Origin: Candidatus Moraniibacteriota bacterium
GTDB taxonomy: Bacteria > Patescibacteriota > Minisyncoccia > Moranbacterales > DUUL01
NCBI GenBank assembly: GCA_041583775.1
Contig: JBFHFF010000006.1
Location: 461-64,460 of the forward strand
DNA: 64,000 nt
Reading direction: 5' to 3'
The position numbers were made by a program, and so were the translations under genes. Below, in pieces: positions 28,011-38,006 of this stretch (its first letter is position 1; each line of letters begins with the position of its first letter). Below the pieces are notes generated by a model. It was not told where the DNA came from and searched no databases. It saw only the letters and a program-made list of their open reading frames with translations.

Positions 28011-29468
28011 ATGAATAAAAAGACAATAAACAGTAAAAATGGACGCAATAATCTAAGTGGTTTTATTGCGGCTTATGCGTTAGTTACTGCAGCAGTTGTG
28101 ACAACATTGTTAACAGGGCTTTTAGTTTTCGTTAGTGTTGCTCAAAGAAGGAGTTCTGATGAAATTTCTCGTCAGCAAGCACTGCAACTAGCTGAAAGCG
28201 GTGTTTATTTTTACAAATGGTATTTGGCACATAATTTGGATGGAAAAAACGCTCAACAAATTAGAAATTTTTGGGATTCAGGAACCGTCTATGGGACTGA
28301 CTCGGCGTACGAAGTTGAAATAAGCGATAATGAAGGCCATCCGCTTGGCAGGTATAGTTTAGATGTTACAATCCCCAGTGTTGACTCCACGATTGCAACA
28401 GTTGAGTCAACTGGTTGGACATATCAACATCCTGAAATTAAAAGATCTGTTAGAGTTCGTTTTAGAAGGGCATCCTGGAGTGAATTTTCTGTGCTTGCAA
28501 ATGACGCAATGAGATTTGGGGAAGGCACAAATGTACAAGGCCCAATACATTCTAATGGGGGAATTCGTTTTGATGGCGTTGCTAATAACCAAGTTTCTTC
28601 GTCAGTAGCTTCATATGTTGATCCAGATACGGGGATTATCAGGCCAGGAGTTTGGACATCTCAAGCAGATGAAGATGCTGTATTTTTGGCGGGAAAAAAA
28701 TTTCCTGTTCCAGCGATTGATTTTAATGGGGTTACAACTGATTTATCTCTAATTAAATCTGAAGCGAGTAGTGATGGTTTGTATTTTGGTGGTGATACTT
28801 ATACAAAAACTTCTTGTGGGTGGGTTCATGATCATGGATGGAAATGGAATTGTCAGACACAGGAAGAGCCAGTTGTTGGGTATCATATAACCTTAAGAAC
28901 AGATGATAAAATAGAAAAACGACTTGTTTATAGTAGTGGCGCAACAACATTTAATATTAGTGATGAATCTTCGGCGGAGATTTTGGATATTCCAAGTAAT
29001 GGTTTGATTTTTATCGAGGATAATGTTTGGGTTGATGGCTCTATTGATACAGCTAGGGTGACAATTGCTTCTGCTAATTTGGAATCTGATGCAATTGAGA
29101 CTGATATATATATAAATAATGATATTAAATATACACATACTGATGGACAAGAAGTTTTGGGATTAATTGCTGAAAGAGATATTTCAATCGGATTATATTC
29201 TGAAGATTATCTTGAAATAGACGCTGCTCTATTGGCCCAGAAAGGAAGAGTCGGGAGAGATCATTATACCTCTACCGGTTATCGTTGGAGAGATACAATA
29301 ACTATTTATGGTTCAATTGCAACTAATTATCGTTATGGTTTTGCTTGGACTGATAACACGGGATATACTAATAGAAATTTGATTTTTGATAATAACTTGC
29401 TTTATACGCCACCACCTTTCTTCCCAACTGGAACTACATATGATTTGGATTTATGGGAAGATTTATAA
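28011..29468 (+). CDS. PilX-like pilus assembly / minor pilin-like protein
   Basis: N-terminal hydrophobic helix followed by SRQQALQLAESGV, resembling the PilX_N signature. Confidence 0.4.
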   Translation: MNKKTINSKNGRNNLSGFIAAYALVTAAVVTTLLTGLLVFVSVAQRRSSDEISRQQALQLAESGVYFYKWYLAHNLDGKNAQQIRNFWDSGTVYGTDSAYEVEISDNEGHPLGRYSLDVTIPSVDSTIATVESTGWTYQHPEIKRSVRVRFRRASWSEFSVLANDAMRFGEGTNVQGPIHSNGGIRFDGVANNQVSSSVASYVDPDTGIIRPGVWTSQADEDAVFLAGKKFPVPAIDFNGVTTDLSLIKSEASSDGLYFGGDTYTKTSCGWVHDHGWKWNCQTQEEPVVGYHITLRTDDKIEKRLVYSSGATTFNISDESSAEILDIPSNGLIFIEDNVWVDGSIDTARVTIASANLESDAIETDIYINNDIKYTHTDGQEVLGLIAERDISIGLYSEDYLEIDAALLAQKGRVGRDHYTSTGYRWRDTITIYGSIATNYRYGFAWTDNTGYTNRNLIFDNNLLYTPPPFFPTGTTYDLDLWEDL

Positions 29469-29484
29469 GTTGAAAATTTAAAAA

Positions 29485-30576
29485 ATGGCAGAAAATTCGT
29501 TTAAAAAATATTTTTCTTACTTTTCAAAACCACAAACATTCGCTGTGGATGTTAATAATAGTGATTTGAAAGTTTTTCAAATTGAAAAAAGGCGCAACAA
29601 GGACATTATTTGTGGGTGGAGTAAAAAATTTTTACCACAAGGAATTGTTGTGGATTTTGAGGTGCAGAAAACGGAAGAGTTTGTCAGTATTCTAAAAGAC
29701 GCTCTAAACGAGGCTGCTGGTAAAAGAATAAAAGGTAAGTCAGTTATTGTTTCTGTCCCTGAGGACAAAATTTTCTTGCGTTTAATAAAGCTTCCATTAA
29801 TGAAGAAGGATGAGGTGAAAGAGGCGATACAGTGGGAACTAGAGTCAAACATTCCAATTTCAGTTGAAGAGGTTTATTTTGACTGGCAGATTGTGAAAAA
29901 GGAAACTAAAACTATGGATGTTTTGGTTGCAGCTACTCCCAAAAGAGTTGTTGATAGTATCATTAAATCTTTTGAAATGGCTGGTTTATCAGTTAGCGTT
30001 ATTGAAGCTGACTCTGTTGCAACAGAGAGAAGTGTTTTGGGTGCGGATGAGAAGGGCGCTGTTCTGGTTGTAGACATTGGAATTGATGGAACTGCATATT
30101 TTGTTTATAGAGAGGGTTATCCGGTTTTTTCCTCAAGTAGTTCTATTTCTGGAAAAATGTTTACTGATATAGTTTCCAAAGAATTTGGTATTGAGAAAAA
30201 TAAAGCTGAGAATTATAAAACGAAAATTGGTTTGGGTGCAAATAAGCAGGAGAGGGAGAGATCTTTGAGGATTTTTAAGCCGATTCTTTCGAATTTGATT
30301 CAGGAATTGAATAGAACAATTGATTTTTATAACGAAAATCTATTAATCGATGATAAAAAGATTGAAAAAATTATATTAGTTGGTGGTGGCTCTAGCTTAA
30401 AGGGGCTTGTTTCTTATGTTGCATTACATCTAAAAAAAGATGTAATACAAGGAGATCCTTGGAAGAATGTACAATTTAAGAAACAGATACCACCAATTTC
30501 AAAAGAAAAAGCACAGAGTTATATAACTGCAATTGGTTTAGCATTAAGAGGTTGCGAAGATGAATATTACAATTAA
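29485..30576 (+). CDS. pilM: Type IV pilus assembly protein PilM (actin-like ATPase fold)
   Basis: Actin-fold motifs VLVVDIGIDGT and ILVGGGSSLKGL; followed by pilN/pilO-like genes. Confidence 0.7.
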   Translation: MAENSFKKYFSYFSKPQTFAVDVNNSDLKVFQIEKRRNKDIICGWSKKFLPQGIVVDFEVQKTEEFVSILKDALNEAAGKRIKGKSVIVSVPEDKIFLRLIKLPLMKKDEVKEAIQWELESNIPISVEEVYFDWQIVKKETKTMDVLVAATPKRVVDSIIKSFEMAGLSVSVIEADSVATERSVLGADEKGAVLVVDIGIDGTAYFVYREGYPVFSSSSSISGKMFTDIVSKEFGIEKNKAENYKTKIGLGANKQERERSLRIFKPILSNLIQELNRTIDFYNENLLIDDKKIEKIILVGGGSSLKGLVSYVALHLKKDVIQGDPWKNVQFKKQIPPISKEKAQSYITAIGLALRGCEDEYYN

Positions 30577-31093
30577 TCTTCTTCCACAAGAAAAAAAGGA
30601 AGAACTTGGAAACTTAAAACACATAGGAGTTGTTATGCGAGTTGGTATAATGGCTATTTTAGCTTTATGTCTCCTGGTTGTTTTTTTGGAGGCTATAATG
30701 TATACAATAAAAATTGAAAAAGATTTTGTTGAGAGTGAAATTCTTGGTTTTCAGAAAAGCGATGAATATCTTGAAACTAGAATAGCACAAGACTCTCTTC
30801 GTGAATATAGTCAGAAAGCTAAAGCAATTAGAGTTGGATTACAAAATAAAAAGGATTATACAAATCTAGTTTTGGAAATTAACGAGATGATTCCAAATGG
30901 AATTATACTGAAGAATCTTTCAATAGAATCTAAGGAGGTGATTCTGAGTGGTACAGCGCTCAAGAGAGAAAGCCTTCTTCTTTTAGAGCAGGAACTGAAA
31001 AGCTACGAAAGGTTTAAGAAGATTGATTCGCCAATTTCCAATCTTGTATCTGATACAAATGCCCCATTTACCTTTAGCATTGAATTGGAATAA
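30560..31093 (+). CDS. pilN: PilN-like protein
   Basis: Single TM after a short cytoplasmic N-terminus; start overlaps the pilM stop. Confidence 0.45.
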   Translation: MNITINLLPQEKKEELGNLKHIGVVMRVGIMAILALCLLVVFLEAIMYTIKIEKDFVESEILGFQKSDEYLETRIAQDSLREYSQKAKAIRVGLQNKKDYTNLVLEINEMIPNGIILKNLSIESKEVILSGTALKRESLLLLEQELKSYERFKKIDSPISNLVSDTNAPFTFSIELE

Positions 31094-31111
31094 ATTTTAT
31101 TGAATTAATAG

Positions 31112-31768
31112 ATGAATAATAATAGTGTAAAAAAAAGTAAGCAAGTTCTGGTAATAGCTATTTTTGCTATTTTGGTGATGGTTGTTTCTTTAGTATTCTT
31201 CGTGATAACACCAATTATTAAAAGTGTTTATCAAACAAAAGATGCTTTCGAGGAAGATAAGATAAAATTTGAAACAATAAAAAAAGATGCAATTCAGTCA
31301 CAAGTTTTTGTGGAATTGGTTGATAATTTAGGTAAGGATCAGAAGCTTGTTGAAAATGCATTAATTAAAAAAGATTCGATCGTTGTCTTTATTCAGGATG
31401 TGGAAGAAATTTCAAAAGAGGTCGGGAATAATGTCAGTATCTCACAAATTTCTAGTATTAAAGCTCAAAAAGTTGCTAGCACTGAGACAGAGGAAGCTGC
31501 ACAGGAGAGAATGGCACAACTACAAAAAGAAAAGAATAAAGTTCGCTTGTCTTTGGAAATTGGGGGAAGCTATAAACAATTTCTTGAATTTTTGTACAAA
31601 TTAGAGAGTATGACATATATTTTTGAAATTGAATCAATTAGCGTTGGAAATTCTTCAAGTAAATACAATTTTGAAATGAAATCAACGGAAGAAGTCCCAG
31701 TCGATTTCACAGTTGGAAATATTATACTCTCATTTACGCCTAAGGAAGAAAATAATGAAAAACAATAA
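31112..31768 (+). CDS. PilO-like protein
   Basis: Single TM plus coiled coil; position in locus. Confidence 0.35.
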   Translation: MNNNSVKKSKQVLVIAIFAILVMVVSLVFFVITPIIKSVYQTKDAFEEDKIKFETIKKDAIQSQVFVELVDNLGKDQKLVENALIKKDSIVVFIQDVEEISKEVGNNVSISQISSIKAQKVASTETEEAAQERMAQLQKEKNKVRLSLEIGGSYKQFLEFLYKLESMTYIFEIESISVGNSSSKYNFEMKSTEEVPVDFTVGNIILSFTPKEENNEKQ

Positions 31769-32268
31769 TGTTGAAAAATAGCAATAGAAAAAATATTGGA
31801 GATTTAGTGAAAAATAATTTTGTTTTATTTTTCAGGTTTCTGGGAAAGAATACCTGGGTTTTTACTATTTTTTTCTTTGGGGCGGTCTTTGTGGCGGCTG
31901 TTTGGATTTGGTGGCAATGCTCTTATCGTCCTAGTCCATCTAGTGCTGTGACTATAAAAATTGAAGCGGAAAAGGAAGATTTTGATGGCATGAGACAAGA
32001 AACGATGGAGACAATAACTCTTTTGCAAGGGTATAGAGAAAACTATAATAATTCGGATAAATTTGGAGATCAAAGAGAGTTGTTTGTGGATATTTTGGAT
32101 GACAAAGTTGTTGAGAAAATGAACAGGGAAGAGATTGATAAAATTGAAGAATATACTAGCGAAGACTTAGGGGAAAAGGAAATTATAGAAACTCAAATAA
32201 CAGAAAATAGATTGGATGACAAGGTTGATTTTTCCAAAGAAGTTAAAGATGATAATCCTGTTGACTAA
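31768..32268 (+). CDS. Hypothetical membrane protein (PilP position)
   Basis: Single TM; acidic C-terminus; overlaps the previous stop. Confidence 0.3.
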   Translation: MLKNSNRKNIGDLVKNNFVLFFRFLGKNTWVFTIFFFGAVFVAAVWIWWQCSYRPSPSSAVTIKIEAEKEDFDGMRQETMETITLLQGYRENYNNSDKFGDQRELFVDILDDKVVEKMNREEIDKIEEYTSEDLGEKEIIETQITENRLDDKVDFSKEVKDDNPVD

Positions 32269-32338
32269 TAGATTTTTTTCTGTTATCTTTACCAAAGGTT
32301 TTTAGAACTGAATTTTTTGATGTTTTGAAAATTATTTT

Positions 32339-32412
32339 GTCCTGGTAGCTCAGTTGGATAGAGCAATAGACTTCTAATCTGTAGGTCGGGGGTTCGAATC
32401 CCTCCCAGGACA
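32339..32412 (+). tRNA. tRNA-Arg (anticodon TCT)
   Basis: Cloverleaf folded by hand: acceptor gtcctgg/ccaggac, D-arm gctc/gagc, anticodon loop cttctaa, T-arm with GTTCGAATC; terminator at 32422-32458. Confidence 0.85.
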
Positions 32413-32610
32413 CACATAAAAAACGCCTAAAAATTAATTTTCAGGCGTTTTTGTTTTGTAATTACTTGATATTTTCTAATAAATTTAAATGTATTTAATT
32501 GGAATATGATTTAATTTGACAATCTCGCTTATCTTTTATATGTTTAGTTTGTGATTTTTGATCCAGTTCTTTTTTTGTTTTCTTTTTCTTTTTTATAGGG
32601 GAATGAACGA

Positions 32611-32982
32611 ATGAATGATAAAAAGGGTGAAGCAATAACAGGCTTAACTTATCTTCTTTCTTTGTATGATGGTTGTGGGTCTCTGGAGGCAGTAGCAAAA
32701 ATATGTGATTGTCAAGCTTTTTTATCTAAAAAGTTTTTTTTTGTGGTTATTGTTATAACTCAGGCAGCTGGAGCAGGTAGTGGTAAAAATATCGATATTT
32801 ATGGTTTTGGTCTGGATATTTACAAAGACGACCTAGAAATATTTTTGGATAAATCACTAAAGACCATAAGAGGACGGGAGTTAACAATTCTTAGTCTTCA
32901 AGGTCAAGATCAGGATAATAGATTTTTAGAGAAATTCGTCAATGATGTTATTTTGATCCTAGAAACGCTAGAAACGGGGTAA
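32611..32982 (+). CDS. Hypothetical protein
   Basis: ORF is followed by a perfect 8-bp hairpin terminator (32980-33018) shared with the convergent ychF gene. Confidence 0.3.
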   Translation: MNDKKGEAITGLTYLLSLYDGCGSLEAVAKICDCQAFLSKKFFFVVIVITQAAGAGSGKNIDIYGFGLDIYKDDLEIFLDKSLKTIRGRELTILSLQGQDQDNRFLEKFVNDVILILETLETG

Positions 32983-33014
32983 TGCTAAAGGGTAGCATTA
33001 CCCCTCCCTTTTTT

Positions 33015-34076
33015 TTAAATCAAAAATTCGATCACATCTCCATCTTTTACGATATATTCTTTTCCCTCTGTGCGCAAAAGTCCCATTTCCTTTGCCTTTG
33101 CTTTTGAACCAGCTTTCATTAAGTCTTCGAAAGAAACTATTTCAGCGCGAATGAATTTTTGTTCGAAATCGCCATGAATTGCTCGACCAGCTCTTGGAGC
33201 AGTTGAGTTTTTTGGGATTGTCCAGGCTCTAGTTTCCATTTCTCCTGTTGTCAGATAGGTCATAAGTCCCAACATATCATAACTTTTTGTGATAAGCTCA
33301 GATAGCTCTGATTTGAGCTCTAATTCTTTTTTATCTTCATCCGTTAGATCTAACAGCTCTTCTTCTGTTTTAATGTCTAATGCGACGAAATTTTTAATAT
33401 CCTCTAAACCGTATTTTTTAATTTCATCAGAAATATTAGCAGGGTTGCTGGTGTTGAATACATATAGAATTGGCTTGAAGGTTAGGAGATGTAAATCTGA
33501 GATTAACTCAAAATCTTCCCCTAAATTAGAAATAAATAACTGAACTTTTTCTAAATCATTTTCATCTAAAATGTCTTTTAATTTAGAAACTATCTCTTTT
33601 TGTTTGATTGCATTTTTATCATTGCTCTTTGCTTGTCTTTCCAGAGAATAAAGTCTTTTTTGTGTGGTTTCAAGGTCGGCCAGAATAAGCTCTGTATTGA
33701 TTACAGCAATATCTCTTTTCGGGTCGATTCCTCCATGAACATGGGTGATATTTCCATTTTCAAAAATCCTTACAACCTCAACAATTGCATCAACTTCACG
33801 AATGTTGTGAAGAAATTTATTTCCAAGACCTTGACCTTCAGAGGCACCCTTTACAAGCCCTGCAATATCAACAAATTCAATAGTAGCGTAGAGTAACTTT
33901 TTTGAGCCTGAAAGTTTGGAAAGTTTTTCAAGTCTCTCATCGGGAACTTCAACAACCCCAATATTTGGTTCAATTGTGCAAAAAGGATAATTGTTGATAT
34001 CTACTTGAATATTTGTAAGTGCTTTGAAAAGTGTTGATTTTCCAATATTAGGAAGGCCTACAATTCCGATTTTCAT
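33015..34076 (-). CDS. ychF: Ribosome-binding ATPase YchF (Obg-family GTPase)
   Basis: MKIGIVGLPNIGKSTLFKALT G1 motif; C-terminal TGS domain. Confidence 0.9.
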   Translation of the reverse strand: MKIGIVGLPNIGKSTLFKALTNIQVDINNYPFCTIEPNIGVVEVPDERLEKLSKLSGSKKLLYATIEFVDIAGLVKGASEGQGLGNKFLHNIREVDAIVEVVRIFENGNITHVHGGIDPKRDIAVINTELILADLETTQKRLYSLERQAKSNDKNAIKQKEIVSKLKDILDENDLEKVQLFISNLGEDFELISDLHLLTFKPILYVFNTSNPANISDEIKKYGLEDIKNFVALDIKTEEELLDLTDEDKKELELKSELSELITKSYDMLGLMTYLTTGEMETRAWTIPKNSTAPRAGRAIHGDFEQKFIRAEIVSFEDLMKAGSKAKAKEMGLLRTEGKEYIVKDGDVIEFLI

Positions 34077-34297
34077 AAAAATAAAATAAAGTTGTTAAGA
34101 TAATTAGCTATTTAATATAATTGCTTTTATTGGGAGAATTGTCAATCGAAAATTCTTTGTGTGAAAAATGTTTTTATTGATAAAATTTTATTTTAATGTT
34201 ATTGTCTTTGAAGTTATTTATAATTGGCAGAGCTTGGTTTGTGAATAAAATGATTTTTGGGAAAACACCCACTTTAAATTATTGGAGGTTTTGAAAA

Positions 34298-34783
34298 ATG
34301 GATTTATTTAATCAACAATTAGGCGATTGCTTTGATTTGAATGATATTCAAAGAATCTTGCCACATAGAGGCCCTGCCTTGAAGATGGATATGGCTATTT
34401 ATTATAAGCCAGAAAAAGAGGGGGAAAAACATAAACTTTCAAGTTTTAGAATTATTAAAGTTGACGATCCTGATCTAAATGGGCATTTTGGTATTTATCC
34501 TGGGCATTGTCAATTGGAATGTGCTTCTGTCGCATCAGCGCTTTTGGCTGGAATTGTTATTGATGTTTCGGAAGTGAAAGAAATCCTTTTTGCGGGAGTT
34601 GATAAAATCAAATATAAGAAAATTGTTTTGCCAGGAAGTGTGCTTAGGATTGACATTGAGTTGATTAAGAATCGTGGAGGAAAATTTTTTATTTTTGATT
34701 CTAAAATATTTGACTTCTCAACAAATAAACTGGTCGTTGAGATTAAAGGACTTTCTGGCGTGCTTGCTATTGGTTCAAAATAG
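34298..34783 (+). CDS. FabZ-like hotdog-fold (3R)-hydroxyacyl-ACP dehydratase homologue
   Basis: ILPHRGPALKMD aligns to FabZ ILPHRFPFLLVD; GHFG His and QLECASV Glu align to the FabZ catalytic residues. Confidence 0.55.
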   Translation: MDLFNQQLGDCFDLNDIQRILPHRGPALKMDMAIYYKPEKEGEKHKLSSFRIIKVDDPDLNGHFGIYPGHCQLECASVASALLAGIVIDVSEVKEILFAGVDKIKYKKIVLPGSVLRIDIELIKNRGGKFFIFDSKIFDFSTNKLVVEIKGLSGVLAIGSK

Positions 34784-34980
34784 CAATTGACAGATTATTC
34801 TCTTCCCAGATGCGCAATGCGTGTCTGGGATTTTTGAAACACATTTTGCTAATATTTGTATTTAAAAAATAAATAATAAGATATTTTGAATTAAGTAAAA
34901 AAGTAATTTACTCTTGAGTTATCTCTGTAAAAATGCTAGGATTCTTTGGTTGGGGTTGTGTAAAGATTAATTTGGAAAAA

Positions 34981-36219
34981 ATGAGTTTTAGAAAGCCTGA
35001 AGTTTTGGCACCGGCAGGAAATTTGGAAAAAATGAAAACAGCGTTTACTTTTGGAGCAGATGCGGTATATTTTGGGATTCCTAATTTTTCTTTACGAGCT
35101 AGGATTAATCAATTTGATCAGGAGGGAATTATAAAGGCATCGGAATATTGCAAAAAAGAAGGAAAGAAATTCTATGTAACTTTAAATATCTATGCTCACA
35201 ATCAGCATATTAAGGAGTTGCCAGCACATTTAAATTTCATTAGAAAAATAGCTCCCAATGCACTCATTATTTCTGATCCAGGAATTTTAAGAATTGTTAA
35301 AAAAGAGGTGCCAGAAATTCCAATTCATATTTCAACGCAGGCTAATGTTACAAACGCTTCTGCTGTGAGATTTTGGCAAGAACAAGGAGTGGAGAGGGTT
35401 ATATTAGCAAGAGAAGTGACACTGGAAGAAATTCGTGAAATTAAAAAAGAAGTGCCAGAGATGGAATTAGAATGTTTTGTGCATGGAGCTATGTGTATGT
35501 CATATAGCGGTCGTTGTATTCTTTCAAAATGGATGACAAATCGTAGTGCTAATTTAGGTGATTGTAGTCAACCATGTCGTTGGAAATACAAAGCGACAGT
35601 AAATGAAATGGAGGTTGAGGATGACAAGAATAGATTCAAGATAAAATTAGAAGAAGATAAACATGGAACATATTTTTTCAATAGCTATGATATGTGCCTA
35701 ATTGAGTATATAGGCGAATTGATTGAGGCCGGAATTGATTCGTTGAAAATAGAAGGGAGAGCCAAGAGTGTTTTTTATGTAGGTGTTGTGTCTCGTGCGT
35801 ACAGGAAGGTGGTTGACGCTTATTATCAAGGAAAGATAGAGTATCAAAACACTCTTAGGGAGCAAAAAAATGAACTTTTAAAATTAGCCAACAGAGGCTA
35901 TAGCAAGGGTTTTTTGTTGGGGGAGGAGCCTGCTCATTTGTTCGACACTCCAGCCATTGCTGTTCCCTGGGAGTTTGTGGGCAACTGCAAAGATTCAGTT
36001 GATGATGAAAAAAGAGAAGTTTTTGTGCATAATAAATTGAGCAAGGAAGGTGAAATCGAAATAGTCACTCCAAAAAAAATTGTTTTGGCAAAAATTCTAA
36101 AAATCAAAAATAAAAAAGGTGAGGAAATTAATTCAGCTCATGGAGGTCAAAATGAATTTTTCGAGGTTGAATTTAATAAAAAAATTAAGGGACCTTTTCT
36201 GCTTAGGGCAAAAATCTAA
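34981..36219 (+). CDS. Peptidase U32 family protein
   Basis: KPEVLAPAGNLEKMKTAFTFGADAVYFG is the canonical U32 N-terminus; ATG 34981 preferred to the upstream ATG 34933. Confidence 0.75.
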   Translation: MSFRKPEVLAPAGNLEKMKTAFTFGADAVYFGIPNFSLRARINQFDQEGIIKASEYCKKEGKKFYVTLNIYAHNQHIKELPAHLNFIRKIAPNALIISDPGILRIVKKEVPEIPIHISTQANVTNASAVRFWQEQGVERVILAREVTLEEIREIKKEVPEMELECFVHGAMCMSYSGRCILSKWMTNRSANLGDCSQPCRWKYKATVNEMEVEDDKNRFKIKLEEDKHGTYFFNSYDMCLIEYIGELIEAGIDSLKIEGRAKSVFYVGVVSRAYRKVVDAYYQGKIEYQNTLREQKNELLKLANRGYSKGFLLGEEPAHLFDTPAIAVPWEFVGNCKDSVDDEKREVFVHNKLSKEGEIEIVTPKKIVLAKILKIKNKKGEEINSAHGGQNEFFEVEFNKKIKGPFLLRAKI

Positions 36220-36334
36220 GGTGGCTTTTTTGTCTATATCTATTGACATTTTTTCGTTGACCCGAGGTTGAAATGTTGTTAAGATTATAAACTTACCAAT
36301 AATAGACAAGTTAAGATAAAATAAGAAAAAAGTT

Positions 36335-37081
36335 ATGCACTTTACGCATCTGCAGAAAGCTAGAATAGTCTTGGTTTTGAATTTTATAGTTTTGTTTTGT
36401 ATTATTATCTCAACACCATTTTTTATCAAGAATGGGACCTCTTTGTTTTCGGAAGAGTTGGTGGAGGGCATATTTTTAACAATTGAACTTTTTGCACTCA
36501 TTATTGTTTTCAGGCACTATGATGCTCAAATTAAGGAGAGTGAAAATGAAGCAGTTACACTAAACACAAAGCTTGAAAAAAAGGAAAAAGAGTTATTAAA
36601 TGCATTGGAATATCTAGGGAAAGTCAATGTTCAAATTTCTATGATAAAATCGATTTTTGAAAAAACAAAGGTTCCTTCTACAAAAAATCAATTAAACGAA
36701 GTGTATTCTGAGTTACTTAAAATTGTATGTGGTATTGTTGGTGAGCCATATGCTGTTTTGCGTGTTGTTAATTTACAAAATAGAAGGGTTATTAGTGAGC
36801 GTATTGAAAAGATGGGTAATTCTAAGGATTTTGAAATTAAAGTTTCGATTGGAAATAAGGAGTTAATTGAAAAGTTTAATAAGCGTGAAAAAAACAACAA
36901 TGGAGAGTTTGTGACCTTTTTTTCTAGTGTGGAGAATTTTTACATAAAAGCATTTATAATAGTCCCGAACTCTAAAGGGAAGAAATTCGGACAAGAAGAG
37001 CGTACTTTTCTGGAAGCAATTGCTAGTCAGTGTGAAATCGTTTTTCTGCTATTTAATTCAGAATATTATAAAAACAAATAA
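36335..37081 (+). CDS. Hypothetical membrane protein
   Basis: Two N-terminal TM helices. Confidence 0.35.
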   Translation: MHFTHLQKARIVLVLNFIVLFCIIISTPFFIKNGTSLFSEELVEGIFLTIELFALIIVFRHYDAQIKESENEAVTLNTKLEKKEKELLNALEYLGKVNVQISMIKSIFEKTKVPSTKNQLNEVYSELLKIVCGIVGEPYAVLRVVNLQNRRVISERIEKMGNSKDFEIKVSIGNKELIEKFNKREKNNNGEFVTFFSSVENFYIKAFIIVPNSKGKKFGQEERTFLEAIASQCEIVFLLFNSEYYKNK

Positions 37082-37162
37082 AAAGGGTTGATAAAAAAAT
37101 ATAAAAACATTAAAATTGAATTATGATTTATAGTCATTATATTTTTTAATTTTAAAAAACAA

Positions 37163-37960
37163 ATGAAAGGCATTATTCTCGCAGGTGGAACAGCAACAAG
37201 ATTGTTTCCGCTTACAGCCACAACAAGTAAACAACTTTTGCCAGTTTATGATAGGCAAATGATTTTTTATCCACTTAATACATTAATTAAGGCGGGCATA
37301 AGGGATATTCTGATTATTGTTGCACCAGAACATTCTGGACAGTTTTTGAATTTATTAGGAACAATTTTTGAGAAAAGAGGAGTTAGAATTGAATTCAGAG
37401 TGCAAAAAGTTCCTAGGGGATTGGCAGATGCTTTTATTATTGCGGAGGACTTTATGGATGATGAGAGCGTTGCGATGATCTTAGGTGATAATATTTTTGA
37501 AGATGATTTCTCAGAAGCGATTAAGAGTTTTGAATCAGGAGGACATATTTTTGCCGTAAAAGTGCCAGACCCAGAAAGATATGGAGTTGTGAAATTTGAT
37601 GACAATGGTAGCGTTCTTCAGATTGAAGAAAAGCCAAAAGAATGGATTAGCGATTATGCGATACCTGGTTTGTATTTATATGATAATCGTTGTTGTCAGG
37701 CAGCAAAACAAGCAATTCCATCAGAAAGAGGTGAGGTTGAAATAACAGTGTTGCACAATTTTTATCTTAGAAAAAAAGAATTAAAAGTGAGTACTTTTGA
37801 AGGTGCTTGGTTGGATGCGGGAACTTTTGATTCACTATTAGAAGCTGGCAATATAGTTAAAGAAAGAGGAATAAGCAAAAAATTTGATCCAATTATAAAC
37901 GAATCAATTGAGGAATTTAATGAGGAAATAAAAGCTATTGCGAAAAGAAGGTTGATATAA
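37163..37960 (+). CDS. Sugar-phosphate nucleotidyltransferase (glucose-1-phosphate thymidylyltransferase RmlA-like)
   Basis: MKGIILAGGTATRLFPLTATTSKQLLPVYD aligns to the RmlA N-terminus. Confidence 0.7.
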   Translation: MKGIILAGGTATRLFPLTATTSKQLLPVYDRQMIFYPLNTLIKAGIRDILIIVAPEHSGQFLNLLGTIFEKRGVRIEFRVQKVPRGLADAFIIAEDFMDDESVAMILGDNIFEDDFSEAIKSFESGGHIFAVKVPDPERYGVVKFDDNGSVLQIEEKPKEWISDYAIPGLYLYDNRCCQAAKQAIPSERGEVEITVLHNFYLRKKELKVSTFEGAWLDAGTFDSLLEAGNIVKERGISKKFDPIINESIEEFNEEIKAIAKRRLI

Positions 37961-38006
37961 TATTAGTTTAAAATAAAGTATATTTATAAGAAATAATTTT
38001 TTAAAA

